Source: Azolla caroliniana (Eukaryota > Plantae > Polypodiophyta). From it: a stretch of DNA of 64,000 bases. The stretch covers positions 22,258,001-22,322,000 of the forward strand of contig JBHGNT010000008.1 in the NCBI GenBank assembly GCA_043228905.1. Direction: 5' to 3'. Of this stretch, positions 51,596 through 64,000 are shown one piece after another. The notes beneath the pieces were generated by a model that saw only the letters and a list, made by a program, of their open reading frames with translations, was not told where the DNA came from and made no database searches. Both the position numbers and the translations under genes were made by a program. How positions within the stretch are numbered: position 1 is the first letter of the stretch; each line of letters starts with the position of its first letter.

Positions 51596-54500
51596 GTCGA
51601 TCCGGTAACAAGTCCATAGAAATTGATGACCACAGTCGATCCGGTAGTGGGAGAGGTCGAAGCAGTCCATACGGGCGATGATGGGTTGTTTTAGATCGAG
51701 CACAAATGTCACAAGTCTTGATGAAGTCATTCACTTGATCAATTTTCGAGAACACTCGTCCAAGCCGAAGGCAATCCAAAAGCTCTGGAATCAAAGGTAG
51801 TGGGTAGCAATTGTGGATCGTTACCTTGTTAAGTCCTCGGTAGTCGACACATAGATGCAAGGAGCCATCTTTTTTCTTGATGAACAGGATTGGTGCCCCG
51901 GCTGGAGATTTTGAGTGACGAATGAACCCTTTCGGCAAGTTTTCGTCGATGTATGCACGGAGCGCATCTTAACCCATAGATGGGACCAAAGGGAGGACAA
52001 GCACCGTCCTGGATGTCAATTGGACAGTTGTATGATCGATGCTTTGGCAGTCGATCCGCATTCTGTCTCTCAAAGACATAAGAGAACTCTTGATATTTTG
52101 AAAGAATTGAGGTTGAGTGTTTGACCGTAGTAGCAGCTTGAGCACGATGGTCATCCTCAGGCTTCACCTGACCAGGCGAAGTGTTGATGTCGTGAACAAC
52201 TTTGAAGTTATTGTTAGCTTTGTCCATCCGAGTTGTGAAGTCGAAGGATTGCCTACACAAATCCACAATGAGATTGTGTATTAGTAACCACGACAACCCT
52301 AGAATTACAGGATGCTTCAGAGTGGTCATTCGTCAATAACTTCAACCAGAATAGGTTTTTTTTTATGACCTTAGGGATGGAGTGTGTATGGCCAAAGAGC
52401 ACGTCCATAAAACATGTCGTGGCTCCAGAATCAAGTAGGGTGGTGGTGCATATCACCCGAGTCCCTATCTACAACCTCACTGGTATCGTAAAACCATTTC
52501 GAGATGGTACCTCATGAGTAGAGTTGATAAATTTGATTGATGGACCCAGTTGGATAGCTCTTACTGCACCTGGCCCCTCCTGTTTCCCGGTATGCGACTA
52601 CCTTTCACTAGGCAAGAAGCAGGAAGATGTCCGGACACGCCACAATAGAAACACAAGTTGTTGTCTCGTCAATGTTGTCGTTGTGCACTGGACAACGATC
52701 CGGGGCCCCACTTTATCCACCTCCATCGGCGTAGGTGAATTAGTGGTTGGGACTTGGTTCGAGACATATGGCGGGGTTGGAGATTGAGAGGAAGAAGGCC
52801 AAAAAGAAGACCAAAAAGAAGACTGCCCATGCCTTATTGCCCGAGTCGTACGCTCCTCTTGATGGAGCTTGAAGAGGCGGTTATCACAACGTACCGCTTG
52901 TGTTATCGCTTCGTTCAACGAGGTCGGCTCTGGAAAATTTAGTAAATTGTTTTTACATCACCTCTCAATCCCCGATGGAATTGATCACGTAGGGCTTAAT
53001 CGTCCCACCCCACATCACAGGCAAGTTGGCGGAATTCAGAGGTGTAGGTGGAGGCTGTACTTTCCTGTAGGGAGGTGTAGGTGGATGTTGTACTTTGTTG
53101 TAGGGAATAGATCTTAGTGAGCACAGGTTGATGTCAGTTTGTCTCCCATAAAGTAGCTTCAAACTCCTTGCAAAAGGCCGAGAAATCTTCCAAAAGTGGC
53201 GATGTTGTTTCCACGAAGGGAGCTAACCACGCCTCGGCAAGTTCCGTCAGTAGTGAACCCAAGAGACCGACCTGGTGGAACCCTGTGGTGTAACAATGGG
53301 GTTGTCGGCGGATGATGAGGTGGATTTGATTAAGGAAGTTGCGTAGTCTTGCACGCATTGTCGCGGAAAACCGCGCTTGCGTGTCAAATCGGGCGGGACC
53401 ACCGGGGTCACGGACCAAGAAGAGATGGATACTAGAAGGGCGATTTTCTCCGGAACCGGCAACATCGGTTGTGGTGTCAATCGGGACAATTCCGAATGCG
53501 TGCCGGAAGCAACCAAACTGAAGAGAGGGAGAGAATACACGCACACACACCGACTCAACACATGCCTCTTATGTACAGAAGCCGGAAAGAAAGAAATGCA
53601 CCCGACACCAACAGAGACACAAATATGCACAACCATTCATATATGTATTTACAAGACAACAAGATACAACGCGGGTCACGAGCCAGACCAAAGATAATAG
53701 ATTACAACCATTGTCCGCAGCCAAGCTGCCAGTCGGGGAGCTCTCGAGCTCATCGCGCCGAGTGGGGTCTTGTGTCGAAGACAGAAGCAGAACCGGAACC
53801 TTCAAAGCACACGAACTCAGAACCACGCAACCCTAACAGACAGGAAACATCGAACCCTAGTATATGAAACTAACAAGACTCCACTCAAAAGAGAAACCCC
53901 ACCCACATGATGACGACGAAGAAGACCTAAATGAAACCCGAAAGCGAAGTAGGGTGAAGAAGACCAAAGTAGAAACCCTAAGAAAAATAAGAAGAAGAGA
54001 AACTACCAAACCTTAGATCTAAGTGGTATACCCTCCTAACTCAAAAGGGGCAACCCCTTCAAAAGAGACCCCTCCCTCTTATAGTTCAAGGAGGGAAGGA
54101 CGTTACAATGTGGGATAAATATCCCCCTATTAGTTTATATACATTTCCTAACGTACATGTGCAATGGGTTGAGTGTGGTGGTTGGGGTATTTGAGGATGT
54201 GGCAGATTGAAGCTCAAGTAAAGATTGACGAAGGGTAGTATTCTCGGCTCAGAGTTGTTCCAAAGCTGCGAGTATTTGGGGTAGGCTATCGGATGGATTG
54301 AACATGGATTTCAATGTGTGGTTAGTGAAGAGGGGGAGAGAACGAAGAAGAAGGTGAAAAAATTGTTAAGGACCAAAGAGTCAAAGCCACAAGGATACAA
54401 GGATACTACAAGCATGCAATTGACAAGCCTAAAAGTGCTACAAAGACACGATTGACAAGCCAAGGGCAAGTATCATTAACTAGTGTTGTTCACCTTGAAT

Positions 54501-54748
54501 TCATTCACGGTGAGCTCAAATATTTATACTAAGAGGCATGCATGCCTATTGCGTGCATGTGATACACTAGAGCATGTATGTACGCATGCATGTGCCAAGT
54601 GTGAATGATACAATGGAGCAATTATGCTCATGATGCTAGCTTAAAGTTAGAAAGAACAATCATATATAATTGTATATTGGACATGTTGGTTAACCTATAA
54701 TGCTCGATTATAATACAAGAGGTCATGAGTTCGGATGTCTGTGTCACG
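51590..54748 (-). mobile_element. Decayed, 3'-truncated chromovirus related to D (5' LTR 54364-54748; gag, PR, RT and INT fragments)
   Basis: 'NFLNQIHLII', 'EAITQAVRCDNRLF', 'PMEVD', 'LLDSGA', '[16 protein letters not shown]', '[14 protein letters not shown]'. GGGAAAC slippery site at 52588-52582; TATAAATA on - at 54528-54521. Confidence 0.85.
53359..54153. mobile_element. Probable solo LTR interrupting the gag of the decayed chromovirus
   Basis: Starts TG and ends TTTCCTAACG (like the A-family end TTTCCTAACA); degenerate TSD CGCAT/TACAT; gag-like sequence lies on both sides. Confidence 0.5.
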
Positions 54749-57700
54749 TTTAAGTTTGATAGTTTATAAATATCATCTACATTTTTGGAGTTGTGCCTTT
54801 ATCAAAACTGTTTATGAATATTGTCTACATTTCTTGAGTTGTCAATTTATAGATGTTGATGAGCACTAAATTTATAGATAATGACACTAAGGATTATAGT
54901 GTTGCCTCTTATACTTAAAACATTTTCAAGTCTAACAATAGATGTCACTTCCACTTCTCGAACCTACATCTCCTCAAGATGGTGAAACCATTAACTTAAC
55001 TTGTGCCTTGAGTTAACCATTGTGATTTTCTTTAAGTTAACTACATTTCATACCTATAGACCGTCAACATTTAAACATTTATTGAAAAACTATTCAATTT
55101 TAGAAATGGTCATTTTCACACTTGTCAAATCTCAAAAAATCAGAAAATTGTATATGCTATTTAAAACATGTGATACTGGTGTATCAAAATTTGAAAACTG
55201 CCTAAACTCGCAAGATTATAAAAGGATCTATAAGTGGAATGCGCGATCCTTGCACTCGTAAACAGGAGCATGTTAAAAAAGAGATAGACGAAGAGTGCCG
55301 ATCCACTCGACCATCCCAGGTGAATGGATCAAGACAGACCTGAGCCTTGATCGACATCCCATACCATCGTTATGGCTTCGAGTCATACCTATACTAGCGT
55401 GGGCTCACCACGAGAGTATGTTCACCGCAAGATCACAATCTTGACATAGTCAAATAATGTCCAATAAGGATTATTAGCTAGCTTCATATCTACAGCCAGA
55501 CCCAGAGCCCCAAGCAAGTTCACACTTGGCCTCTACAAGTTGCCTCAATCTTTAGGATTAAAAGTAATCATCCCGTCTTTACACTCTCAATTTATCCTCA
55601 CACTCTTATCCTCGTGTGAGGAAAACTATGGTACAGACTACCATGATTATACTCGTAACACCTAAAACATGGGAAATGCAAATGAAACCAAACCTCCCAT
55701 GCTCAAGAGTCTCAAAACTAAGAATAACTTGCTTTATGGGTCAATCAAATAAAAAAATCCAATGAAAACTCCAAATCTATTAAGAAGAGCAACTTCACAC
55801 AAGCTTTAAAAAATTAGGCATCTACCATAACAAGTATAGGGATAAGAAGAGTTGTTTGTCCCCCACATACAACGGGCAACATGAATATATTTCTTACTTT
55901 AGAGTGTCCCTTAGTTATTTTCAACCACTAGAAGTAAATATTTTAGAAGTGTCCTTGCAAAAGGCCGAGCCACAATACATTCCAACCAAAATGCAAAACC
56001 AACTTGGAAAAAGAAAATTAAAGTTGCCCCAAAGCACGGGAAATGCAAAGGAAACCAAGCCTCACATGCTCGAACGTCTCGCAACTTAGAATGACTTTAA
56101 TGAATGATTGCTCAAACCAAAGAATGCAATGCCAAAGCATATGTTGGTTTGGGGGGGGGGGGGAATCAGGATGGATGGTCATGACGTGGAGTGTGCATAA
56201 GGAGAAGTATGCCAAATTTAAAGTTTCAAGCACTCATGATGGGTTCTTCTCAGTTTTCCTTATATCATGCACGCACTTTGATCAAAATCTCGAGCCTTTG
56301 TATAACATGTCTTTTCTGTGCTTTTCTCCCATCACATACACCCACATCATAACACCATATGCATTATCGTCAAATATATGTGTTGGATTTGTATGCGAAT
56401 GGGTGGAACCTCTAGCCTTTAGGACTATGAGATGGTCAAAATTTAACAAGTAGAATTTTGCCAAAGGAAAGAGATTGAATTACCATGACTCATAGTTTGA
56501 CTTGGGTACGTGGTATACTTTGCTTTCATGGCTAAATTGGTTTCATGGAGCAATGTGTGTTTTGTGGAGCAATATGTGTAGTCCAATGTCCTTAAGGTGG
56601 GTTGCCCAACTAATTAATTTGGAAGATGAAATGAAAGCTTGGCAAAGATTCAACCTCTTAAAATATACGTGGGCAGGATTTAATATACGTTATTTTAGGT
56701 GCAGGGATAATATTTACTATGGGAGATGAACAATTGTGGAAGCCACATGGTGGATAGCCAATAGTGCTCGGTCAACCAAATTTGCGTAATCTGGTATGGG
56801 GACGTACGTCAAAGGTTTAGATTGGGGGCATTCATTTGCACGTAAATATAATATATATATGGTAATTATTTAATTGAAGTTCATTTGATCGTCTTCCTCC
56901 GGACGAATTTATGAATATTCATTCATTCAATACTTATGAATGGTCGGTCTCATATTTGATGGAGCTCTAGTATATGTAAACACGTACCTCTCTTTCTCCT
57001 TCAGAATATCGGAAATATTAATATTAAGTGTAGTCTTGAAGAACACATTTCAATGTGTGTACAACAACAAAACTTCACAAAACCCAAGCAAAACGAGTAA
57101 AGGTTAAAAAAGGGCTTCCTTTCATTCCCATGGCTTTTTTATATGCGCACAATGCCCTGCCCTTCAACCCTTCCCTTTATTCTAGGTCAAAATAACTTAT
57201 TATAACTCCAAAAACATTCCAAGTTTCAAAACGAGCGAGAGAGACGTAGTTACAAAGAAAGAAAGAAGCTCCTCACCTGTGGAAAAATTAATAGGTATAT
57301 ATATATTTGCAAAATAATGATATTAGACTCTAGTGTGTAGTGTTTTCCAGATTCAACCCATCTGCTCGCAGAAACGTAGCGCATCCATCAATCAATAAAA
57401 CCTCCATGATATGTATTATGAAGTAAAGTTAATTATAATTAATCCACACGCGTAATCTTGCCATATATGTATAGAGAGACAGAGAGACCGCTCAGAGGAC
57501 TACTCGCAAATGAGATGGATACATACAATTGTGAGGGAGTGCAGTCGTGTATGATTGGTTGTAAAAGAAATCCCCTTTTATATAGAAACATATATGTATA
57601 TATATTAATATAAGCTGTGACCTCATTTGAGAGAATGAAGCCAACGAACTAAACGAAACAAATACATAGATTTTTTCCAAAGGTGGGAAAGAAAAACAGT

Positions 57701-58430
57701 CACGATGATCAACGCTCCAGTACTCCCTCCAAGACCTTAAAAGGACCCAGCGTAACACGACGTAAAAAGCCTTGCTCGGTGGTTATTCATGAGTATGGAT
57801 GGAAGCTTAATGAATGTGTACGTACATAAATTAATTATAGGCCAAATCCTTGTCACACACAGTAACGTAAGAAGGACAGAAGAAACTGCAGTTTCTTGGG
57901 CCTTTTTCTTGAATGAGTAGGACGGTAAAGCTTTTGGTTTAAAATACGACAGGATCGTGGTCACAATGATGATGATGATGATGATGATGAAGGATCGTAC
58001 GATAAGTAGAGTATACCTACTGCATACACGAAGGTGAATGAGAACGGTAGGCGCAGATAGCATGGATGGAGCGATGTTGAATTCTTTCGTTTCACAGGAG
58101 ATGAGGAGGAGGAGGGGGGGCAAAAGAGGAGAGAAACTAGGGCTTCCAAGAAGTAGTAGTGATGCAGGCTATATAGCATAATTGTGATGAAATAATCAGG
58201 TTAAAAGTAAGGAGCGGTGGAATTATATGTGTATGTAGTTGATAAAAAGCGGGAGAAGGACGTAAGGAATGATATTTTAAATATACGCTATTAAATTTAT
58301 TACTACTACTACTACTACTACTACTAATAATAATAATAATAAGAATGGAGCGTGTCATGGGGGGGTGCGGGGGCATTGAATGAATGAAGGGGGATGGATA
58401 ATGAAGGGGATGATAAGGAAGGAGGAGGAA

Positions 58431-58844
58431 TCAGTAAGCATAGCCACAGATTCCGGACTCGCAGCTGACACCTGTGGCACAACGGTTGGAGCAGGAGCCG
58501 CAGTGGCGGCGGCTGGTGAGGAGGTTAACGCAGGAGCCGGAGCAGCAGGTGAGGCCGGAGCGGCACGTGCGCCGGCACCTCCCGCAGTTGACGGCGTCAT
58601 TGCGCACGCTCTTGCAGTAGCCGCGGCAGCACCTCTCCTGATTGCGGGCGTTGCACGCGTACGGGTCGGTAGCGCACATTTGTCCCCCTCTGTTGGGCAC
58701 ACGCCGTAGGGGCGAATAAAAGCTATTGGCCTCCACCACACCTTCTCCCTGCAGCTGCAACTGCAACTGCACCACCAGCAGCACCGCCATTACCATTACC
58801 AGGAGGGGAACAACCCTAAACCCAGAGGACATCATCCTAGCCAT
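58431..58844 (-). CDS. STIG1/GRIM REAPER-family secreted cysteine-rich peptide (137 aa, single exon)
   Basis: Hydrophobic signal peptide followed by a 16-Cys domain: CC..C..ND..NCG.C...C..G..CC.G.CV....D/S..HCG.C...C..G..C..G.CGYA. GC-rich ORF with an upstream (TA)n TATA-like tract. Confidence 0.88.
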   Translation of the reverse strand: MARMMSSGFRVVPLLVMVMAVLLVVQLQLQLQGEGVVEANSFYSPLRRVPNRGGQMCATDPYACNARNQERCCRGYCKSVRNDAVNCGRCRRTCRSGLTCCSGSCVNLLTSRRHCGSCSNRCATGVSCESGICGYAY

Positions 58845-60929
58845 TTACTCACTCACTCACTCACTCACGTCTTCAATTAATTCTTCTTCTTCTTCTTCTT
58901 CTGAGACAGACTGTGGAGATAATGGAATGAGGGATGTGTAATGGATTTGGATGGGGAACTCCAATACTAGCTCCTCCTTACACACTACACTCTGCGCGCA
59001 CACACTTATATATATATATATATACACATATACATATACATGTATATATGTATGTTGCTTGTGCTGATTAGTTACTGCTCTGCATGATTGGCTTGGCCCC
59101 TCACTTGGCCCCTCACCTCTCCCAGAGAGAGAGAGAGAGAGATGATCCTGATCTTCTTACTAAATAAAAATACCTTCTTTATAATTCCATCAGTACAAAG
59201 ATCGTAATGGCGGACGTAGGCATTCGTATTACGCTTTCCAAGCGCACGTTCGCGCGCTTTAGGGCGGGTGGTGCACGTACCAATCCCTTCATCTCTCTCT
59301 TTCTCTCTTCTCTAGAGAGACAGAGAAAAGGGTGGAGGGGGGTATGTCTCAAACTCCAAGGACAAGGAAGAGAGAGAGAGAGAGAGGGGAGAGGTTGCTT
59401 TAGCTCTAGCCTTTACTTAGCCTTAGCTTTGTAAGCCTAGTGATCCATCCATCCATCCATCCATCATGCTTTCTCCACAAGACTCTTTCTCTAAGGCTCA
59501 ATCGTCTCTTGTTTCTTTATTTCCTTGTTCCTTTTTTTTTTTTTTATCCTCCAAAAAAACTCATTTCCTTCTTCTTTTTACAATGCAATCACCTTGTTAT
59601 GTGAAGAAAGTAAGTGTAAGACTCACCCCCCTCACCCCCCGGGTTAAAGTAAACGCACGATACCATAGTCTATACAAACTTAAAAAGTTGTGTCCTAATT
59701 ACATTATTATTATTATGATTTAAGCTTTGCCTTTTGACTCCACAACCTATATGATGCATTCTTTTATAAACAGCTCCAAAATTCAATGTTGGTCTAGCTT
59801 TTTCCAGCAAGCTCAACCATTCTTAATACAAAAGTCCTCGAATAAAAGGTACTAAATTTTTTTGATTGCCCTTACGCTATGCTCCTTTCCTCTTGATTAT
59901 CATTTTGAGAGTCCACCCCCCCCCCCTTCCTGTTTTCCTTGAGATAGTCCCTCTTATTACTACATACATTAACACACAAACATACATGGTGTGCACTAAC
60001 GTCTAAGCAAATCAACTATGGCTATGTTGGGCCATGTTTTCCTTGTTGAACAAAGGGTCAAAAATCACGTAGACTTTTAGAAAATGCAAATGATCTGCTT
60101 CACTAAACGACAATATTTTTATTTTTCAAATAGCTTTTGAATATTTAGCTCGTGATATATTCCATCGTCTAGCCTGTATATTGTTTATCACAATGCCAAA
60201 TAACCACATTTAACCATTAAACTACTTCACATCTCTAGTTTGCGTGCAATGGGTTTCAGTGTAGAAATATATTGCTACAATGTAAAAAGGAATGGGAAAT
60301 CACATCATTATTAATCAAATATTTACCTCTTTCGAACTTAGGCTAACACATTATCCATGCCTCTAGCTAACCATTAGCGGATCTACTCACTCATCTCTCT
60401 CCAATATCTCTCATATCAAACTCTCTTCTGTCTCTTGTAAGAGCAATATATATATATATAGGTCACATGACAATAGAAAAGATATTGTCGTGATCGTGTT
60501 TACAATAGTGGCGATCTTATGCTAAGTTATTCCCTCTTAGATAATGTAAGACTAGTTATCATAATTAAGGTATATCCCATGGGGGCAAGTTGTTCAAATT
60601 AATTTATCTTCTGGTTGGTTGATGTACGTATGGTGGGATTCCATGGAGACAATGAAATAGGAACCAATGTTCTCATTCGCCAACTACATGTATACCATAA
60701 GTACTTAGCCAAACACTACACTATACAAATGTCTTAATAATGAAAAACCTAGAATAATAACGACCATAATCTCCTTATGTAGCACTAAATTAATATGCTC
60801 TGCAATAACCAAGATGCGCTTCTTCCTATGATTGAATTTTAGACTTTGCAATTCATCCCAATGTAGCATTCATGTCCTTCTTGTATGCCCAATCCGTCAA
60901 TCTTGTATATCTCTTAAAGTTTGACGTAT

Positions 60930-61560
60930 ATGTGCTCATGAGCTTCCCACATCATTACACACCTGGCCATAAACTTTAAATGGATGGTGAACCTAATATC
61001 CATGGCGATGGGGGGTAGGCCAAATGAAGTACTGAGCACTCACAAGAAAGGACTTTACAAACTAGGTAGAAGGAAGGTCCATGAGGAACAAAACCATGAT
61101 GGTTTTGCACAAGTTCCTATTTGAAGATGCCATATGTTGATATAGGTGTGAGGGGAAGATAGTTGCAGACATAAGAGAGTTGAATGCGAATGAACCTACA
61201 ACTCTAATAGAGACTAGGAGTAAAACTCTCCCTTACAAATGCTTATAACGTTGAGACCAATGGAAAGATAGGAGCGTGGGCATGACTAAATAGTCAAAAG
61301 ACATCGTTAGAGCTTTTGAAGTAATTATAGTCAGAGATTGGCATGGGTTATTGCCTTATGCCTTGTGGGTTGATACAATCACGTACAATTCAGTGATAGA
61401 CTTTATGCCAACCGAACTCATGAACGGTCAAAAAGCCGGTAATGCCCATAAAAGAGACAAAATTACGTCATGGTTGGCAATGTTGTGGGAAAACGATGCC
61501 ATGATGTGGGCAAGTTTCATTATTTTTCATTTTTTAATGGAAAGTGGGGATAGGTAGCAT
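60930..61560 (+). mobile_element. Decayed Gypsy integrase fragment
   Basis: Stitched frames give 'GKIVAD..ELNA..LGVKLSLT.AYN.E.NGKI' and 'LPYALW.D.IT..SV..FMP.ELM.GQK'. Confidence 0.7.
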
Positions 61561-62348
61561 TCAATGCAAAAGGACGCACTCCTTCACGACTATAAAATTA
61601 GAGGAAGAGGACTCATTTGGGGTTGGTATTTTTGATATTTTGGGGGCTTGACTTTAGGACCTTGGGCGTTATGGTATACTTTCTATTAGGGGCATGACCA
61701 TATAATATCCCATGGTAAGTTGTATCATAGTATTTTATACACATGGATAAAGTGTGAGGGTTAAACGAGAGTGTAAAGAAGGGAGGATTACTTTTAATCC
61801 TAGGGATTGAGACAACTCATAAGGGCCAAGTGTGAACTTGCATGGGGCCCTTAGGTCTGGCTATAAATATGAGGGCTAGCTACCCTCATTGACACATGAT
61901 TTTGACTACGTTGAGACTCTGATCGTGTGGTGAAGAGAATCTTGTAGTGAGCATGCCAATACTAGTTAGGACTCGATGCCACATCGGTGGTATGGAACGC
62001 TGATCAAGGCTCAAGTCCGTCTCGATCCCTTCGCTAGAGGGTGGTCGGGTGGATCGACACCCTTCTTTCTTTCTTTCTCCTCTCTTATTTATATATCTAC
62101 TATTTCCTTATCATATGCTCACATTAGAATTTATCTCTAACAGTTGGTATCAAAACATTTTTTCTAATGTTTTCTTTGTTAATATATTTTTTGTTTTGGA
62201 TGGTGATCGATCGATACTCGTTCGAGCGTGATCTAGTAACGCGTCAACAAAGGAACTTCGGTACTTCCTTTCTTTATTTTTTCTATTCTTTCTTCTCCCA
62301 TTCTAATCATGTTTTAGTCGATATGTAATAATTTCTATCATCAAAATA

Positions 62349-62862
62349 TGTTGTAGTGGTAATCGGTTGGTTGTATAAAATGTACATATGTATGCTTATG
62401 AGGTCAATACCTCAATCACCATGTATTTGGTATGCAATTTGTGTCGTATACGTAAGAGGTCAATGCCTCGATTGTGTATGAGGTCAATGTCGAATACAAG
62501 TGTATAATGGTCGTATTCACACTGTCTTATTGGACATACTAGGTTTTAGGCTATTTATGTAAATAGTGGAAAGGGAAGTTGCCCTAAGTCAGTCGGTAGT
62601 TAAATTGACTCTTGTAACCTAGTTTTGTCGGTTGTTCATTTTGTTGTTATCATTGTAACTTGCTAAGAGAATAATACAGTTACATACTCTTGTGCCTACC
62701 TTGATGTACTTCTTTTCTCTATCTTTCTTGTTGATCTTGTCTTATGATTCAGTTGTCTTGTGTTATCTATCAGTTTCTTTGTATTCTCTGAAGATCTTCA
62801 TCTCAAATAGTGTTGAGTTTGTTCCGCATCCTAACGGCTGGTTCCAACATCTGGTATCAGGC
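62349..62862 (+). mobile_element. Probable LTR (62349-62849) with tRNA-Met PBS; another LTR end plus PBS at 62142-62156
   Basis: TGTTG..CCAACA followed by TGGTATCAGG at 62852; CTAACA-gt-TGGTATCA at 62137-62152. No partner LTRs lie in the window. Confidence 0.55.
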
Positions 62863-63407
62863 TTGGCGTTTTTTATTCTACTGTTGTCCATCATCCTATT
62901 CCCATCAACACCTCTCTAGAAGTCTTTGAAGAACTTTTAGTTGATTTGTTTGCTGAAACAGATTATGAGATCTCAGTCGGACTAAAATCTCTCGGCCGAC
63001 AACTTCCACAAGATCACCCTCTCTAGAGGAGAAACACCTGGAAAACTGGCACTTTGTTGAGCATAATCACACATGGAGTAGGCCACCTAGTTGTACCTCG
63101 TCCACGTGATTGTAGCTGCTTGAAGTGAGGTATTTTTCATCGGTTCAACCGTAAACCATGCTTCATTGAGTTAGACAAAAATTGGTAAAGCCTTCCGGTG
63201 TTGCCCACTCATTCGTCATAACCACTTGAAATAGATTCGATTCCAAGAACAACCCCCATTCGTGCTTCATTTGGGTAGACAACATTCAGAAAGACTAGTA
63301 AGATCTATTCCTCTCATCATTGTAGTTCCCCAAAGCAGGATCGGTTTGGAGATCAATACAATTGGCACATAATATGTGATCGGCGTCTTAAAATCGGTAG
63401 TCGGAAT

Positions 63408-64000
63408 TGACGGGAGCTCAAGGCTCCTTATGCGCAACGCTCGGCCACAACCAAGATTCTTTTCATACACAGGAAACGGGAAACGAAAACACGCAACACA
63501 AAGGAGAGAAAAAAGGGTACACAGAATGTTTACGTGGAAAACCCAAAGAGGGAAAAACCACGGCAGCCCACAGGCTGCAAACTATCACTAAGTTGGAATG
63601 TATAAAACAGTGAGTTCACGAAGGCAACAACCTCGTGCTCACGATCTTCGCCACAGGCGGTGGTTACAACAGAGGCATCGACCTCTTTCTCTCTCTCTCT
63701 CTCTGTACACTGTTACGTGCTCTCTCTTCTTTTTGCACCAACAAGAAAATGACAACAACTCTATCTAAAAGTTTGCCCTAAGTCATATTTATACTAATAT
63801 GAATTTTCGGCTATTTACAAATGTAGCCTCGATGGGCTCTCAGAAACATATTTACGAATATGTCTCTTCCTCCGGTTCGCACCAGGTCTGCGTCACCCGG
63901 CTCTCCGTAGCCAGGTGCTCCTCATCCGGTTCTCACCGGTTCTGCACCATCCGGCTCTCCGTAGCCGGGTACTCCTCATCCGGTTCGCACCGGGCCTGTA
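63408..64000 (-). mobile_element. LTR of the element C family, truncated by the window end
   Basis: Diverged reverse complement of 3210-3903, including the CCGG-rich repeats. Confidence 0.9.

Noticed and set aside
58355-58741. Ala/Gly-rich ORFs overlapping the STIG1-like gene
   Set aside because: Shadow frames of a GC-rich CDS.

Overview
This is land-plant nuclear DNA; a non-seed plant such as a fern is inferred from the TE content, not proven. Bases 1.7-17.6 kb form a nest of four LTR elements, each bounded by a matching 5-bp TSD: an old Tnt1/Tork-like Copia (-) contains a younger Copia (+), which contains a solo LTR and an intact, very recent Ty3/Gypsy chromovirus (4912-10675). Three host genes lie on the - strand: a TBC/GYP1-like Rab-GAP, a PRP40 splicing factor and a STIG1/GRIM REAPER-family Cys-rich peptide. 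Introns and intergenic DNA hold MITEs, LINE relics, solo LTRs, a 7x248-bp array and decayed retroelements. The most striking object is the intact chromovirus. Its LTR combines an outward-facing tRNA-like A/B-box module, a 10-unit heat-shock element next to the TATA box and a Tf1-type self-primer, and its gag/pol junction has a -1 frameshift signal. A decayed relative at 54.4-54.7 kb repeats the tRNA-like tip and self-primer layout with a different primer sequence. All calls come from reading the sequence by eye; no database searches were run.
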